Source: Candidatus Woesearchaeota archaeon (GTDB lineage: Archaea > Nanobdellota > Nanobdellia > Woesearchaeales > UBA583). Taken from it: DNA of 64,000 bases. Location: contig OZ242164.1 in assembly GCA_965205335.1 (NCBI GenBank), positions 552,713-616,712 of the forward strand, in the 5' to 3' direction. Position 1 is the first letter of the stretch. Each line of letters begins with the position of its first letter. Positions 49,222 through 59,073 of this stretch are shown in pieces. Under the pieces are notes generated by a model, which saw nothing but the letters and a program-made list of their open reading frames with translations, was not told where the DNA came from and searched no databases. A program made the translations under genes and the position numbers.

Positions 49222-49824
49222 ATGACTAAATCAAGAAAGAATTTCTCATATAAAAAAAACAAGGAAATTTTTTACAAAGATGCAAAAAACAAAGATATCA
49301 GAGCCCGTTCCTATTTTAAACTGCAACAGATAAACGAAAAATTTAACCTAATAAAAGACAACCAGAACATAATTGACTTGGGAGCATCCCCTGGAGGCTG
49401 GCTTCAATATATTGATGAGAATATAAAAAAAGGAAATATAATTGGAATTGATATCTTGGAAATAAGAAATACTCACAAATTTAGCAATAATATCTCTATA
49501 ATAGAAGATGACTTTAATAACATTGAAAATTACAACCTAGGCAAATTTGATTTGATTCTATCAGATATGGCTCCTGAATTTAGCGGAGATTCAAAAGCCG
49601 ATAGGGGAAGAACCCATAAACTTAATATTTCAGTTATTGAATTTTGTAAAAAGCATCTAAAAAAAGGTGGAAACTGTATATTCAAATCCTTTGAAGGAGA
49701 AGACTTACAATATGTAACAAACACTGCAAGAAACCTATTTCAAGAAATCAAACATTTCAAACCAAAATCTTCTATGAAAAAAAGTTCTGAGGTGTTCATA
49801 ATCTGTCTAAACAAAAAATTATGA
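49222..49824 (+). CDS. rlmE: FtsJ/RlmE-type 23S rRNA 2'-O-methyltransferase
   Basis: RARSYFKLQQI, DLGASPGGWLQY (motif I), DLILSDMAPEFSGD. Confidence 0.75.
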   Translation: MTKSRKNFSYKKNKEIFYKDAKNKDIRARSYFKLQQINEKFNLIKDNQNIIDLGASPGGWLQYIDENIKKGNIIGIDILEIRNTHKFSNNISIIEDDFNNIENYNLGKFDLILSDMAPEFSGDSKADRGRTHKLNISVIEFCKKHLKKGGNCIFKSFEGEDLQYVTNTARNLFQEIKHFKPKSSMKKSSEVFIICLNKKL

Positions 49825-49872
49825 TTAATTAGATAATCTGTTATTCAATTAATATCTAAAACTCAATATCTA

Positions 49873-50391
49873 TTATGGAGTACATATACTAAAAGTCGGT
49901 TGGTTGGTAGAGTTCCATGCACTAGCTCCTCTACTAAAATTACCACAATCTATTACTCTATTTGTATTCCATAAACTTATATCTCCATTAAATGAAGTTG
50001 CACCATCAAACATACTTCCCATATCTGTAGTACCTGTCAAATTCAATACATCGGTAGCAGACACATCTAAATTAGAACACCCTTGAAAATAACCTCTATA
50101 ACCGCCAAGTCTTAATGAACCCCAATTCTTAATATCAATGATTTTATTCTTATCTCCCGAATCACTGAATCTAAAACCTATTATATCCCCTTTAATTCTT
50201 ATTTTATATTCTCCCTCATGCGGATATGAATGCATTACTTCTGACTGATTCCATTGAGTGATTCTATAATGAGTTCCATCCCCCCCAAAAAACCGTAAAA
50301 TCATATCTTCCTGAAGGAGATAAAGGTAATTTAATTGAATGACGATTTGAACTTCCCAAACTTGTTTCATTTGTTCTCCAGACTGAAACAA
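49873..50391 (-). CDS. DUF285 (BspA-type surface repeat) domain protein fragment
   Basis: TDMGSMFDGATSFNGDISLWNTNRVIDCGNF matches the DUF285 repeat. The N-terminus carries T7/G7 homopolymers (FFGGDG), so it may be a frameshifted continuation of the upstream ORF. Confidence 0.45.
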   Translation of the reverse strand: MFQSGEQMKQVWEVQIVIQLNYLYLLQEDMILRFFGGDGTHYRITQWNQSEVMHSYPHEGEYKIRIKGDIIGFRFSDSGDKNKIIDIKNWGSLRLGGYRGYFQGCSNLDVSATDVLNLTGTTDMGSMFDGATSFNGDISLWNTNRVIDCGNFSRGASAWNSTNQPTFSICTP

Positions 50392-50408
50392 ACGAACCCT
50401 TAAAATCC

Positions 50409-50846
50409 CTAATAGGTCCTTAAAGAAATTCCCTCAAATCTATTCTTGTGCGGCTTTGAAAAATTAATCTCTACATCTCCATTTGCACGCTCTGAAAAAT
50501 TTATTCTGACATTTTCAGGGATATTATAATGATAAACATCTGCTCTATCTCTGGCATAATGAAAATATTCAAACGAAAGAGAACTTCCATTAATACTTAA
50601 ATTAAAACTCTCAGTATGTGAAGACGGAATGACAATCTGTCTTGAATATCCCTCATCAACCTCTTGGAGAATCTCAAACTCAATAAAAATTCTCTCTGCA
50701 AAATCATCACTAATCTTTCTGGCTTCATTATCTTTTAAATCAATAACAATCCTCCCAGAAATTGCAATTATAGTAGTTACAATGATAATAACGAAAACAA
50801 AAATAGAAAGAAATTCAAATGCTATCTGAGTTTTCCTATTTCCCAT
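50409..50846 (-). CDS. Pilin-like or surface protein N-terminal part (class III signal peptide-like)
   Basis: MGNRKTQIAFEFLSIFVFVIIIVTTIIAI; ends 17 nt before the DUF285 ORF in another frame. Confidence 0.4.
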   Translation of the reverse strand: MGNRKTQIAFEFLSIFVFVIIIVTTIIAISGRIVIDLKDNEARKISDDFAERIFIEFEILQEVDEGYSRQIVIPSSHTESFNLSINGSSLSFEYFHYARDRADVYHYNIPENVRINFSERANGDVEINFSKPHKNRFEGISLRTY

Positions 50847-50988
50847 AACAAAAAACCAAATCTATAATTTATAAATTTGTTTATTCTCTAAATAAAATAA
50901 ATTAATAACAAAAACTTGAATTTGCTTTATTAATCAAACAATCCATTTAATTAAAGTCATTTTATAAAGTATTAACTTAAAATATTAT

Positions 50989-51981
50989 TTAATAATTAAA
51001 TTCCTTTCTAAATATTCTAATAAGAGTTGTAAACAAAGAAATAATCAAAGGTCCAATTAGAATACCAATAAATCCAAAAAAACTAAGCCCCATAAAAACC
51101 CCTAAAAACGTTTCAAGAGGGTGAATATTTGCAAATTTATTTACAAGTTTTGGACGAATGAAATTATCAACCTGAGACACAACAAGAACTCCCCATACAA
51201 GAACAAAAATTCCTTGCCATATCTGTCCGCTAATTAAAAGAAAAATTCCAGCTGGAAGCCAGATCAAAAACGCTCCTACAACAGGAATAATAGATAAAAT
51301 AGTCATGATAATTCCCCAGAAGAAAAAACCTGAAATCCCCACAATAATAAACGAAAACATTCCAAGAGCACCTTGAATAATTGCAGTTAAAACCTGCCCA
51401 ATCAATACTGCCTTTATTACTCGTGAACTATTACTTAACAATTCCTTTGTATTATTCTTAGAAAAAGTGGAAATACGGTAACATTCATTAATAAAAAAAT
51501 CCTTTGAAACAAGCAGATAAAATAGAATAAAAAATACTATGAAAATTTCAAGCAGGAAATTAGATGTATATGAAAAAAAAGATGGTAGACTTTCTTTAGC
51601 TGTGCTTTGAATCCATTCCTGCCCCCTCGCCATTAATTCAAAGAAATTAATTTCAACTCCAATTTTATTTGCAAAAAAATACTCAATTCTCTCAACCTTT
51701 TCTTCATCAATCTCAAAGTTGTCAATCTGTTCAAATAACACCGCCGCAACAGTACTAATAGGTATAATTATAATCAAGAAAAGCCCAACCAAAACAATTG
51801 ATGCCGCTGTAACATCACTCCTAAATTTGCTCCTAATCCACTTATACGAAGGATACAAAAGAGGAGCAATAACAATCGCACTTAAAATTGGAGTAATAAA
51901 TCTCCCAAGCATATAAAGAATTGCAATCCCTAAAACAATTATTACAAAAAATGAAACATACTTCCTTACAAGTTTTTCCAT
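50989..51981 (-). CDS. AI-2E/UPF0118-family transporter-like membrane protein
   Basis: 330 aa with about 8 TM and AI-2E-like topology; assignment is by architecture only. Confidence 0.4.
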   Translation of the reverse strand: MEKLVRKYVSFFVIIVLGIAILYMLGRFITPILSAIVIAPLLYPSYKWIRSKFRSDVTAASIVLVGLFLIIIIPISTVAAVLFEQIDNFEIDEEKVERIEYFFANKIGVEINFFELMARGQEWIQSTAKESLPSFFSYTSNFLLEIFIVFFILFYLLVSKDFFINECYRISTFSKNNTKELLSNSSRVIKAVLIGQVLTAIIQGALGMFSFIIVGISGFFFWGIIMTILSIIPVVGAFLIWLPAGIFLLISGQIWQGIFVLVWGVLVVSQVDNFIRPKLVNKFANIHPLETFLGVFMGLSFFGFIGILIGPLIISLFTTLIRIFRKEFNY

Positions 51982-52081
51982 ACGAAAAGATATTTTTATT
52001 AATTTATAAACTCTCCTATATCCGAACTAAGAATATAATATTGGGGCTTTACTTTCTAACCTCACACATAAATTCTATTAG

Positions 52082-52210
52082 TGGCTCTGTCCGAAAATTC
52101 AAGAGAACTTAAAATATTGTATTAATAAAACAATTTTTGACAAATAATTTTTTTCTTTGATTGAAGATAGTTAGCATAGATTTTGGAAAAAACAATTTTC
52201 GGACAGAGCC
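52082..52210. mobile_element. MITE copy C (TIR GGCTCTGTCCGAAAATT family)
   Basis: tggctctgtccgaaaattc ... aattttcggacagagcc, flanked by CTATTAG at 52075-52081 and 52211-52217. Confidence 0.65.
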
Positions 52211-52218
52211 CTATTAGT

Positions 52219-52233
52219 AAAAGTTTTATAAAT
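52219..52233 (+). promoter_or_regulatory. BRE/TATA promoter (aaaagttttataaat) for the gene at 52254
   Basis: Consensus archaeal TATA 21 nt upstream of ATG; lies immediately downstream of MITE C. Confidence 0.45.
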
Positions 52234-52253
52234 AAGAACTTTTTAAATGTACT

Positions 52254-53093
52254 ATGGAAAAAATTATAGACGCTCTTCTAAAAAAAATAAAATCAAAACC
52301 ACAAATTAAGCATTTAGAAGACAAATTTATACTAGAGAGAATTAGAAAGTTTCTCAAAACAAACGGTGATATTAGAGTAAAACTTGAAAAAGAATTTAAG
52401 TTAAAACAAGATAAAATAACTAAATCAAAAGTTTTCAAGGAAATTGTAAAAGCAATCAGATGGGAAATAGGAGTAATCTATGGAAGTTTTCTGACAAAGA
52501 GCTTTCCAAAAAAAAATAAATTAATTGAAAGCAATTACAAAGACTTACTAAAACTTCACAAATCAACAAAAGAGAGAATTGAACTATATGAAAAAATTTA
52601 CAGACAGATACTCAGATGGTATAAACCAAAAAAAATAGGGGACTTAGGATGCGGATTAAATCCTATCTCTTATGAAATAATTGAAAAAATTCTAAAATAC
52701 AAACCAGAATACTTTGCATCAGATTTAAACTCTGAGGACATAGAATTTTTAAATAACTACTTTGAATCAAACGACATTAAGGGAAAAGCCAAAGTATATA
52801 ACATAACAAACCTTGAAATATTAAAAGATGAAGATTTTAAAGAGTGTGATTTAATATTCTTATTTAAGGTTCTTGACAGTTTTGAATTCATTAAAAAAAA
52901 TATCTCAAAGAAATTGCTTGATGAAATAAAATCAAAACATATAGTTGTTTCATTTCCAATGAAATCCCTTATTTCAAAGAAGACTTTTGATTTCAGTAAA
53001 AGAAACTGGTTTAAGAATTACATAAATAAAATGAATTGGGATTACAAAGCATTTGAAGTTGAAAACGAAATATTTTATTTAATTAAAAAATAG
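52254..53093 (+). CDS. Hypothetical protein with a class-I SAM-methyltransferase-like motif
   Basis: IGDLGCGLNP resembles motif I (DxGxGxG); the rest is unassigned. Confidence 0.35.
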   Translation: MEKIIDALLKKIKSKPQIKHLEDKFILERIRKFLKTNGDIRVKLEKEFKLKQDKITKSKVFKEIVKAIRWEIGVIYGSFLTKSFPKKNKLIESNYKDLLKLHKSTKERIELYEKIYRQILRWYKPKKIGDLGCGLNPISYEIIEKILKYKPEYFASDLNSEDIEFLNNYFESNDIKGKAKVYNITNLEILKDEDFKECDLIFLFKVLDSFEFIKKNISKKLLDEIKSKHIVVSFPMKSLISKKTFDFSKRNWFKNYINKMNWDYKAFEVENEIFYLIKK

Positions 53094-53347
53094 ACAATGC
53101 ATAAGCCACGTTCTGTAATTTCTGTAGCACCTAAACATTTAGGCAACGAAATTCGTATAATTCATCTAAGCGAGCATTAAACTCTTGCACCAGTCAGTTT
53201 GTTTCAACTTTGAAGGATTTATAACGCTCAACTAATATCATCGCTAAATCAACCAAAGGGATTTTCTGTATAGGCTGTTTCCATCCTCTGACTATAACTA
53301 AGGGTGCGTGGACTTTCCTCCCAAAAGGGTTTATACTAATTGCCTAT
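53086..53347 (-). ncRNA. rnpB: RNase P RNA (minimal archaeal type), about 250 nt
   Basis: Minus-strand transcript has GGGAGGAAAGUCCACGC (CR-I, P4 5' strand) near the 5' end, CUUAGAUGAAU, and ACAGAACGUGGCUUAUG (CR-V, P4 3' strand; AAGUCCACG pairs with CGUGGCUU) near the 3' end, followed by oligo-U. The region is GC-richer than its surroundings and has no ORF. Confidence 0.65.
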
Positions 53348-53394
53348 TGCAATAAAACATACGAGATTTTATTTATAAAACTATCTCCACTTGG

Positions 53395-53511
53395 GGCTTT
53401 GTACGAAAAGTAACAATTGCTTTAAAAAAGATTAAAACATTATATTATATATTGATAATTTTAATTATTTCTAATTTATTGTTAATTCTTAATGACTTTT
53501 CGTACAAAGCC
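53395..53511. mobile_element. MITE (117 bp) derived from the IS at 36400-38062
   Basis: TIRs GGCTTTGTACGAAAAGT and ACTTTTCGTACAAAGCC, 9-bp target duplication TCCACTTGG (53386-53394 and 53512-53520), AT-rich non-coding core. Confidence 0.6.
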
Positions 53512-53576
53512 TCCACTTGGAAATTCTACAACCCTCACTAAAAAAATTTTATAAAAGGATGTCAATTAAACAATTT

Positions 53577-54497
53577 ATGAGAAAAGCTATTTCCATTAAA
53601 AACTTGAAAAAAACATATGACAACAATTTTCAGGCTCTTAAAGGAATTAACTTGGAAATTGAAGAAGGAGACTTCTTTGCACTCTTAGGCCCAAACGGTG
53701 CAGGCAAATCCACAACCATAGGAATACTAACATCCTTGGTTAGAAAAACGTCAGGACAAGTTAAAATTTTTGGAATAGACATAGATGAAGATTTTGATAA
53801 AGCAAAAACATACATTGGGGTAGTTCCTCAGGAATTCAACCTTGGAATCTTTGAAAAAGTAGAAGAAATAATAACAACACAGGCAGGATATTATGGAATC
53901 CCGTACAAAGAAGCAAAAAAAAGAGCAGAAAAATACCTTAAAGAATTAGGACTCTGGAATAAAAAAGACCATAAAGCAATGCTTCTCTCAAGCGGAATGA
54001 AAAGAAGATTAATAATTGCAAGAGCCTTAGTTCACGAACCAAAACTATTAATTCTTGACGAGCCAACTGCAGGCGTTGACATTGAAATAAGAGCAACCAT
54101 TTGGAAACTCCTTAAAAAAATAAACAAAGAAGGAGTAACCATTGTTCTTACAACCCATTACTTAGAAGAAGCAGAAGCCATGTGCAAAAACATAGCAATA
54201 ATTGACAAAGGAGAAATTGTAGTAAACACATCCATCAAATCACTATTAAGAAAAGCAAACACTCAGACAATTTTAGTTGATACAAAAAATCCAGTTCATA
54301 AAATCCCAAAACTAAAAGACTGCAAATATGAATTAATTGACGAGCATACAATTAAAATAAGTTTTTCAAACAAAGTAACACTTAATGATGTATTTAACTG
54401 CCTGAACAAATATGAAATTCAAATCATTTCAATGAGAAATCAAAGAAACAGATTAGAGGGATTATTCTTAGAACTAACAAGAGGTACATTAAGATGA
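53577..54497 (+). CDS. ABC transporter ATP-binding protein
   Basis: Walker A GPNGAGKST, signature LSSGMKRRL, Walker B LLILDEPTAGVD. Start set at Met 53577 (MRKAISIKNLKKTY), 21 nt downstream of TATA ttttataaaa. Confidence 0.85.
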   Translation: MRKAISIKNLKKTYDNNFQALKGINLEIEEGDFFALLGPNGAGKSTTIGILTSLVRKTSGQVKIFGIDIDEDFDKAKTYIGVVPQEFNLGIFEKVEEIITTQAGYYGIPYKEAKKRAEKYLKELGLWNKKDHKAMLLSSGMKRRLIIARALVHEPKLLILDEPTAGVDIEIRATIWKLLKKINKEGVTIVLTTHYLEEAEAMCKNIAIIDKGEIVVNTSIKSLLRKANTQTILVDTKNPVHKIPKLKDCKYELIDEHTIKISFSNKVTLNDVFNCLNKYEIQIISMRNQRNRLEGLFLELTRGTLR

Positions 54498-55270
54498 GAA
54501 TCTCATACACAAAAAGAATTGCATTTTACACAATCGCAAGAAAAGAAATTAATAGAATCCTAAGAATATGGACTCAAACACTTTTCCCATCAGTTATAAC
54601 CTCAATACTATATTTTGTAATCTTTGGTGGTTTAATAGGTTCTCATATTGGAGAAATGGATGGAATTGAGTATATATCGTTTATTATCCCTGGCTTTATT
54701 ATGATGGCTGTAATCAATAACTCATATATAAACACAGCATCATCATTTTTTATGAACAAATTCCATAAATCAATTGAAGAGATAATAGTTAGTCCAACTC
54801 CAAGTTGGGTTATCGCAACAGGTTATGCTATTGGTGGAATGTTCAGAGGACTTGTCGTGGGTTTTTTAGTGATATTAGTATCTTTATTTTTTGTGGAACT
54901 AGAAATCTTCAACATTGCAATTCTTATATCAAGCATTGTTTTAACATCAGCACTGTTCTCATTTGCAGGATTAATCAATGGGATTTATGCTAAAAAATTT
55001 GATGATGTCGGAATTATCCCCATATTTATATTAACTCCCTTAACCTACTTTGGAGGAGTTTTCTATTCAATAACACTTCTTCCTCAATTCTGGCAGAATC
55101 TTTCACTAATTAACCCTATTCTTTATATGGTAAACATTTTCAGATATGGATTCTTTGGAGTATCAGATGTAAACATTATATTCGCCATTTCAATGATTAT
55201 AATCTTACTTGTAATATTTTACGTATGGGTAATTTATCTTCTAAGCAAAGGCCATAGCATGCGCTCATAG
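54494..55270 (+). CDS. ABC-2 type transporter permease
   Basis: 6-TM ABC-2 topology; 4-nt overlap with the ATPase gene. Confidence 0.7.
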   Translation: MRISYTKRIAFYTIARKEINRILRIWTQTLFPSVITSILYFVIFGGLIGSHIGEMDGIEYISFIIPGFIMMAVINNSYINTASSFFMNKFHKSIEEIIVSPTPSWVIATGYAIGGMFRGLVVGFLVILVSLFFVELEIFNIAILISSIVLTSALFSFAGLINGIYAKKFDDVGIIPIFILTPLTYFGGVFYSITLLPQFWQNLSLINPILYMVNIFRYGFFGVSDVNIIFAISMIIILLVIFYVWVIYLLSKGHSMRS

Positions 55271-55316
55271 AACCAAATCAACTCAGGATTTAAGCAAAGC
55301 CATTATCTCTGACAAA

Positions 55317-56258
55317 CTAAATTTTTGAAATGCAATTATTTCCCCCTTTAAGACAGCATACAAAAAAACCCTGAGTGTGTGATTTATACGGCATAAATCT
55401 AATAGATTTCTGACTCTTAATTACTGGTTGAGTTGGAAAAGGGAATTTTAATTTAGGTCTGAAATCTATTAAGGAAAAATTTTCCTTGAAATATTCAACA
55501 TTCTCCTCATTTTCACAAACTTCAATAGAACAAGTGGAATAAATCAAAATTCCATCTTTATTTAACATACCAGATATATTAGAAACAATATTTCTTTGAA
55601 TTTTAGCCATTTTCAAAATTCCATTTAAATCTCTTTTTTTAAGCCAGTCCTCATCAGAAATCAAATTTCCACTGCACGGAACATCTGCTAATATAATATC
55701 AAACCTGATATTTGTTTTGAAATCCTCTGCTTTGGATTCAATGACTTTAACATTTCTAAAACCCTGCTTCTGAACATTATTAATTAAACTTCTATGCCTC
55801 TTAATCTGAGGTTCAAGAGCAATTATTTCATATTCTATCTCATGATAATTTAACAAATCCGCAAGCTGAGTTGTTTTAGAACCAGGAGAAGCGCAAGAAT
55901 CAAGAATATTTATTTTTCTATCTTTTCTTTTCAGACTTTCAAAATCAATACAATTAACTGGAACTAATGAAGTTAAGTCCTGTGAATAGATTTTTCCTGA
56001 TAGTGCATTAACAGATGAATTAATCTTAAAGAAAGTTTTTTCAATTTTAAGACAATTATATATAAAAGTTTGTGAAAACTCGGCTCTGTTATTTTTAAGA
56101 AAATTTTCAATCTCATATTTCTTAGTTTTAGACAAATTAATTCTTATATATTCATCACTTGAATATTTCCTTCTAGAATCAAGTAAATTTTTAAATGTGC
56201 CCACTCCAAATGTTTCATCATACATCTTTCTGAAATCCGTCTTAGGCTCTCTCATCAT
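55317..56258 (-). CDS. NOL1/NOP2/Sun-family RNA (cytosine-C5) methyltransferase
   Basis: DSCASPGSKTTQLAD, DVPCSGNLISDED, YSTCSIEVCENEENV (catalytic Cys motifs). Confidence 0.8.
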   Translation of the reverse strand: MMREPKTDFRKMYDETFGVGTFKNLLDSRRKYSSDEYIRINLSKTKKYEIENFLKNNRAEFSQTFIYNCLKIEKTFFKINSSVNALSGKIYSQDLTSLVPVNCIDFESLKRKDRKINILDSCASPGSKTTQLADLLNYHEIEYEIIALEPQIKRHRSLINNVQKQGFRNVKVIESKAEDFKTNIRFDIILADVPCSGNLISDEDWLKKRDLNGILKMAKIQRNIVSNISGMLNKDGILIYSTCSIEVCENEENVEYFKENFSLIDFRPKLKFPFPTQPVIKSQKSIRFMPYKSHTQGFFVCCLKGGNNCISKI

Positions 56259-56350
56259 ATTTATCTGAAATAAAACACCAATTATAAAGTTTTAGTTCAA
56301 AAATCAAATACAATATTTATAGAAATACACTTACTAAGAGTTCATATACT

Positions 56351-56400
56351 ATTCATTAAATTGAAGATAGTTAGCATAGATTTTGGAAAAAACAATTTTC
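56351..56400. repeat. Truncated right half of the GGCTCTGTCCG-family MITE (solo end)
   Basis: ttgaagatagttagcatagattttggaaaaaacaattttcggacagagcc is identical to the right 50 bp of copy C; the left half is absent. Confidence 0.55.
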
Positions 56401-56454
56401 GGACAGAGCCTTTTAAATAAAAGTTTTATAAATCAAAGTTTCTTAGTTTTACTT

Positions 56455-56922
56455 ATGACAGATTTAAAAGAAAAAATTATTGAAGTTCTAAGAGATGTAT
56501 ATGACCCAGAAATTCCCGTTAATGTGTACGATTTAGGTTTAATCTATGAAATAAATATAAAAGAGGATTCATCTGTTCACATCCTAATGACTTTAACATC
56601 CCCTACATGTCCAACAGCAGAATATATTCAGACTATGATTGAGGATGCAATTAAAACAATTTCTGATGTCAAGGATGTAGAAATTGAACTAACATTTACG
56701 CCTGCATGGACTCCTGATAGAGTTTCTATGGATGCGAAAGAAGAATTAGGACTTGGAGATGTTCAATCACAGGACAATTTAGCAGTTCAGTCAGTATACG
56801 GAGATGATAGTGTTTGTTCAAAGTGCAATATTTCAAGTGATAAGAAAATTCTTCTAAAAGCAGTTTGTGACAATAAAGAGATTTTGATTTGTAATGATTG
56901 TCTTGTTAAACAAGAGAAGTAA
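56455..56922 (+). CDS. DUF59 (MIP18/SufT-like Fe-S assembly) domain protein with a C-terminal Cys-rich extension
   Basis: IEVLRDVYDPEIPVNVYDLGLIYEI...LTSPTCP is the DUF59 signature. C-terminal CSKCN...CDNKEILICNDC. Start at Met 56455, 21 nt from TATA. Confidence 0.6.
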   Translation: MTDLKEKIIEVLRDVYDPEIPVNVYDLGLIYEINIKEDSSVHILMTLTSPTCPTAEYIQTMIEDAIKTISDVKDVEIELTFTPAWTPDRVSMDAKEELGLGDVQSQDNLAVQSVYGDDSVCSKCNISSDKKILLKAVCDNKEILICNDCLVKQEK

Positions 56923-56989
56923 CTTATTTAGGAACGATAAATTTATAAATATCAAAGCATATATATTATTATCTACTTTAATACTAAAA

Positions 56990-57577
56990 ATGAATATTGA
57001 CATAACTAAAATTAATATTGGTGAAATATCTCAGGTAATAAAAAGAGGAATATCGTCATATTATTTATGTGAGGAAGGTAATATTGAGAATTTTGTAAAT
57101 ATTAAAGATATTCAAAATGGAGTTATAAATATGGAATTCGTTGAAAGAGTTAAGATTAAAATTACAAATTCAACTAAAAATTCACAATTAGAAGTTGGAG
57201 ATTTGGTTTTAGCAGTCAAAGGCTCTAATTATAAGTGTGGTTTAGTTGATGAAAATTCAGAAGGTTCATATATTAGCAGTAATTTAATTGCAATTAAACT
57301 TAAACATCAATACAATTCTGAACTCGTTTTGGAATATTTGAACAGTTCTTTTGGTCAAAAGGAATTAAATATAAGAGCAAGTGGCAACTTTCAAAAATCA
57401 TTATCTATTAAGTCCATCTTAGATATTGAGATACCTATTTTTCCTAAAGATAAGGAAAATGTATTAGTTAAGTTTTTTGAGTTAAGTAAGAAGTTAGTTA
57501 AATTAAATATGCAAGAGTTAAAGTTAAGAAGCAAGTTAAATAATGAGATAATTGGAGAGGTTTTAAAAAATGATTGA
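56990..57577 (+). CDS. hsdS: Short (single-TRD) Type I restriction-modification specificity subunit HsdS
   Basis: N-terminal INIGEISQVIKRG start of a TRD and C-terminal conserved coiled region IPIFPKDKENVLVKFFELSKKLVKLNMQELKLRSKLNNEII; overlaps hsdM by 8 nt. Confidence 0.55.
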   Translation: MNIDITKINIGEISQVIKRGISSYYLCEEGNIENFVNIKDIQNGVINMEFVERVKIKITNSTKNSQLEVGDLVLAVKGSNYKCGLVDENSEGSYISSNLIAIKLKHQYNSELVLEYLNSSFGQKELNIRASGNFQKSLSIKSILDIEIPIFPKDKENVLVKFFELSKKLVKLNMQELKLRSKLNNEIIGEVLKND

Positions 57578-59069
57578 AAATACACTAACAGATGAACAGT
57601 TAAAAAGCAAAGTATGGCAGGCGGCAGATATATTAAGAGGTTCTATTGATTCATCAGATTATAAGAACTATATTTTCGGATTTTTATTCTTAAAAAGGTT
57701 GTCTGATGTTTTTGAAGAGAAAGTGCAGAAGATTTTAGATGAAGGAGAGAGTAAAGGTGTTGCATATGATCCTGATGAACACAAATTCTTTGTTCCCGAA
57801 AAAGCAAGATGGAAAAATATTAAGAAACAGCCTTCACAAATTGGTGATTATCTAAACAAAGTTGCAGCAGAGTTGGAGGATGAAAACAAATCATTGGACG
57901 GAGTTCTCAAAACTATTGATTTTAACAGCGAGCAGTTAGGAGATGTAAAGCAGAGAGATTCTACTTTATTGCAGTTAGTTCAGCACTTTTCAGCAATTCC
58001 TTTGAGAAATTCTGATATACACAGAGCTGACGCTTTAGGAGATGTATATGAGTATTTAATTGAGAAATTCGCTGATGATTCCGGAAAGAAAGGTGGAGAG
58101 TTTTATACACCAAAGGAAGTCGTTAAATTGATAGTTGAATTGTTAGACCCAAAAGAAGGAATGAGAATTTGCGACCCCACCTGCGGTTCTGGTGGTATGC
58201 TAATTGAAAGTGCTCATCATATTAAGGAAAGCAAAGGTAACGAACATAATATTTCTTTGTTTGGACAGGAAAAGAATGTCGGAACTTGGAGTATATGCAA
58301 GATGAATATGCTTTTGCATAATCTTCCCGATGCAGATATTAGAAAAGGAGATACTATTCGTGAGCCTAAATTATTATCTGACGGGCAGTTAGTATTGTTT
58401 GATAGAGTAATCGCCAATCCTCCTTTCTCCTTGGACAGATGGGGTATTGAAACCGCTCAAAATGATGGCTTTGGAAGGTTCATTTATGGAATACCTCCCA
58501 AGTCCAAAGGGGACTTTGCGTTTATTGAGCATATGATTGCAACAACTAATCAGGATGGAATGGTTGGAGTTGTAGTTCCTCACGGAGTTTTATTTAGAGG
58601 AGCATCTGAAGGAAGAATAAGGACTAATTTTATTGAAAAAGATTTAATTGAGGCTGTTGTTGGATTGCCTTCAAATCTGTTTTATGGCACAGGCATTCCT
58701 GCCGCAATTTTAGTGTTTAACAAATCCAAGTCTGCAGACAGAAGAAATAAGGTATTGTTCATTGATTCATCGCAGAATTTTGAAAGCGGAAAAAATCAGA
58801 ATAAGTTAAGAAGCAGTGATATTTCTAAAATTGTTAATGCATTTAAGGATTATAAGACTATTGATAAGTATTCAAGAGTTGTAGAGATTAAAGAGATTAA
58901 AGAGAATGATTACAATTTGAATATTTCAAGATATGTTGATACAACGCCAGAGGAAGAGCCCATTGACATTAAGGCGACTATAAAGGAGTTGAATGATATT
59001 GAGAAAGAGAAAGCAGAAGTAGAAAAAGAGATGAACAAATATTTAGAAGAGTTGGGATTTAAGAGGTGA
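57570..59069 (+). CDS. hsdM: Type I restriction-modification DNA methyltransferase subunit HsdM (N6-adenine)
   Basis: HsdM_N region, GEFYTPKEVVKLIVELLDP, motif I DPTCGSGGMLI, motif IV NPPFS. Confidence 0.9.
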   Translation: MIENTLTDEQLKSKVWQAADILRGSIDSSDYKNYIFGFLFLKRLSDVFEEKVQKILDEGESKGVAYDPDEHKFFVPEKARWKNIKKQPSQIGDYLNKVAAELEDENKSLDGVLKTIDFNSEQLGDVKQRDSTLLQLVQHFSAIPLRNSDIHRADALGDVYEYLIEKFADDSGKKGGEFYTPKEVVKLIVELLDPKEGMRICDPTCGSGGMLIESAHHIKESKGNEHNISLFGQEKNVGTWSICKMNMLLHNLPDADIRKGDTIREPKLLSDGQLVLFDRVIANPPFSLDRWGIETAQNDGFGRFIYGIPPKSKGDFAFIEHMIATTNQDGMVGVVVPHGVLFRGASEGRIRTNFIEKDLIEAVVGLPSNLFYGTGIPAAILVFNKSKSADRRNKVLFIDSSQNFESGKNQNKLRSSDISKIVNAFKDYKTIDKYSRVVEIKEIKENDYNLNISRYVDTTPEEEPIDIKATIKELNDIEKEKAEVEKEMNKYLEELGFKR

Positions 59070-59073
59070 TAAT

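Noticed and set aside
53100-53340. GC-rich ORF-free block considered as SRP RNA or a degraded CDS
   Set aside because: It contains both P4 strands and a CUUAGAUGAAU element of RNase P RNA on the minus strand, with no SRP domain IV motif and no ORF.
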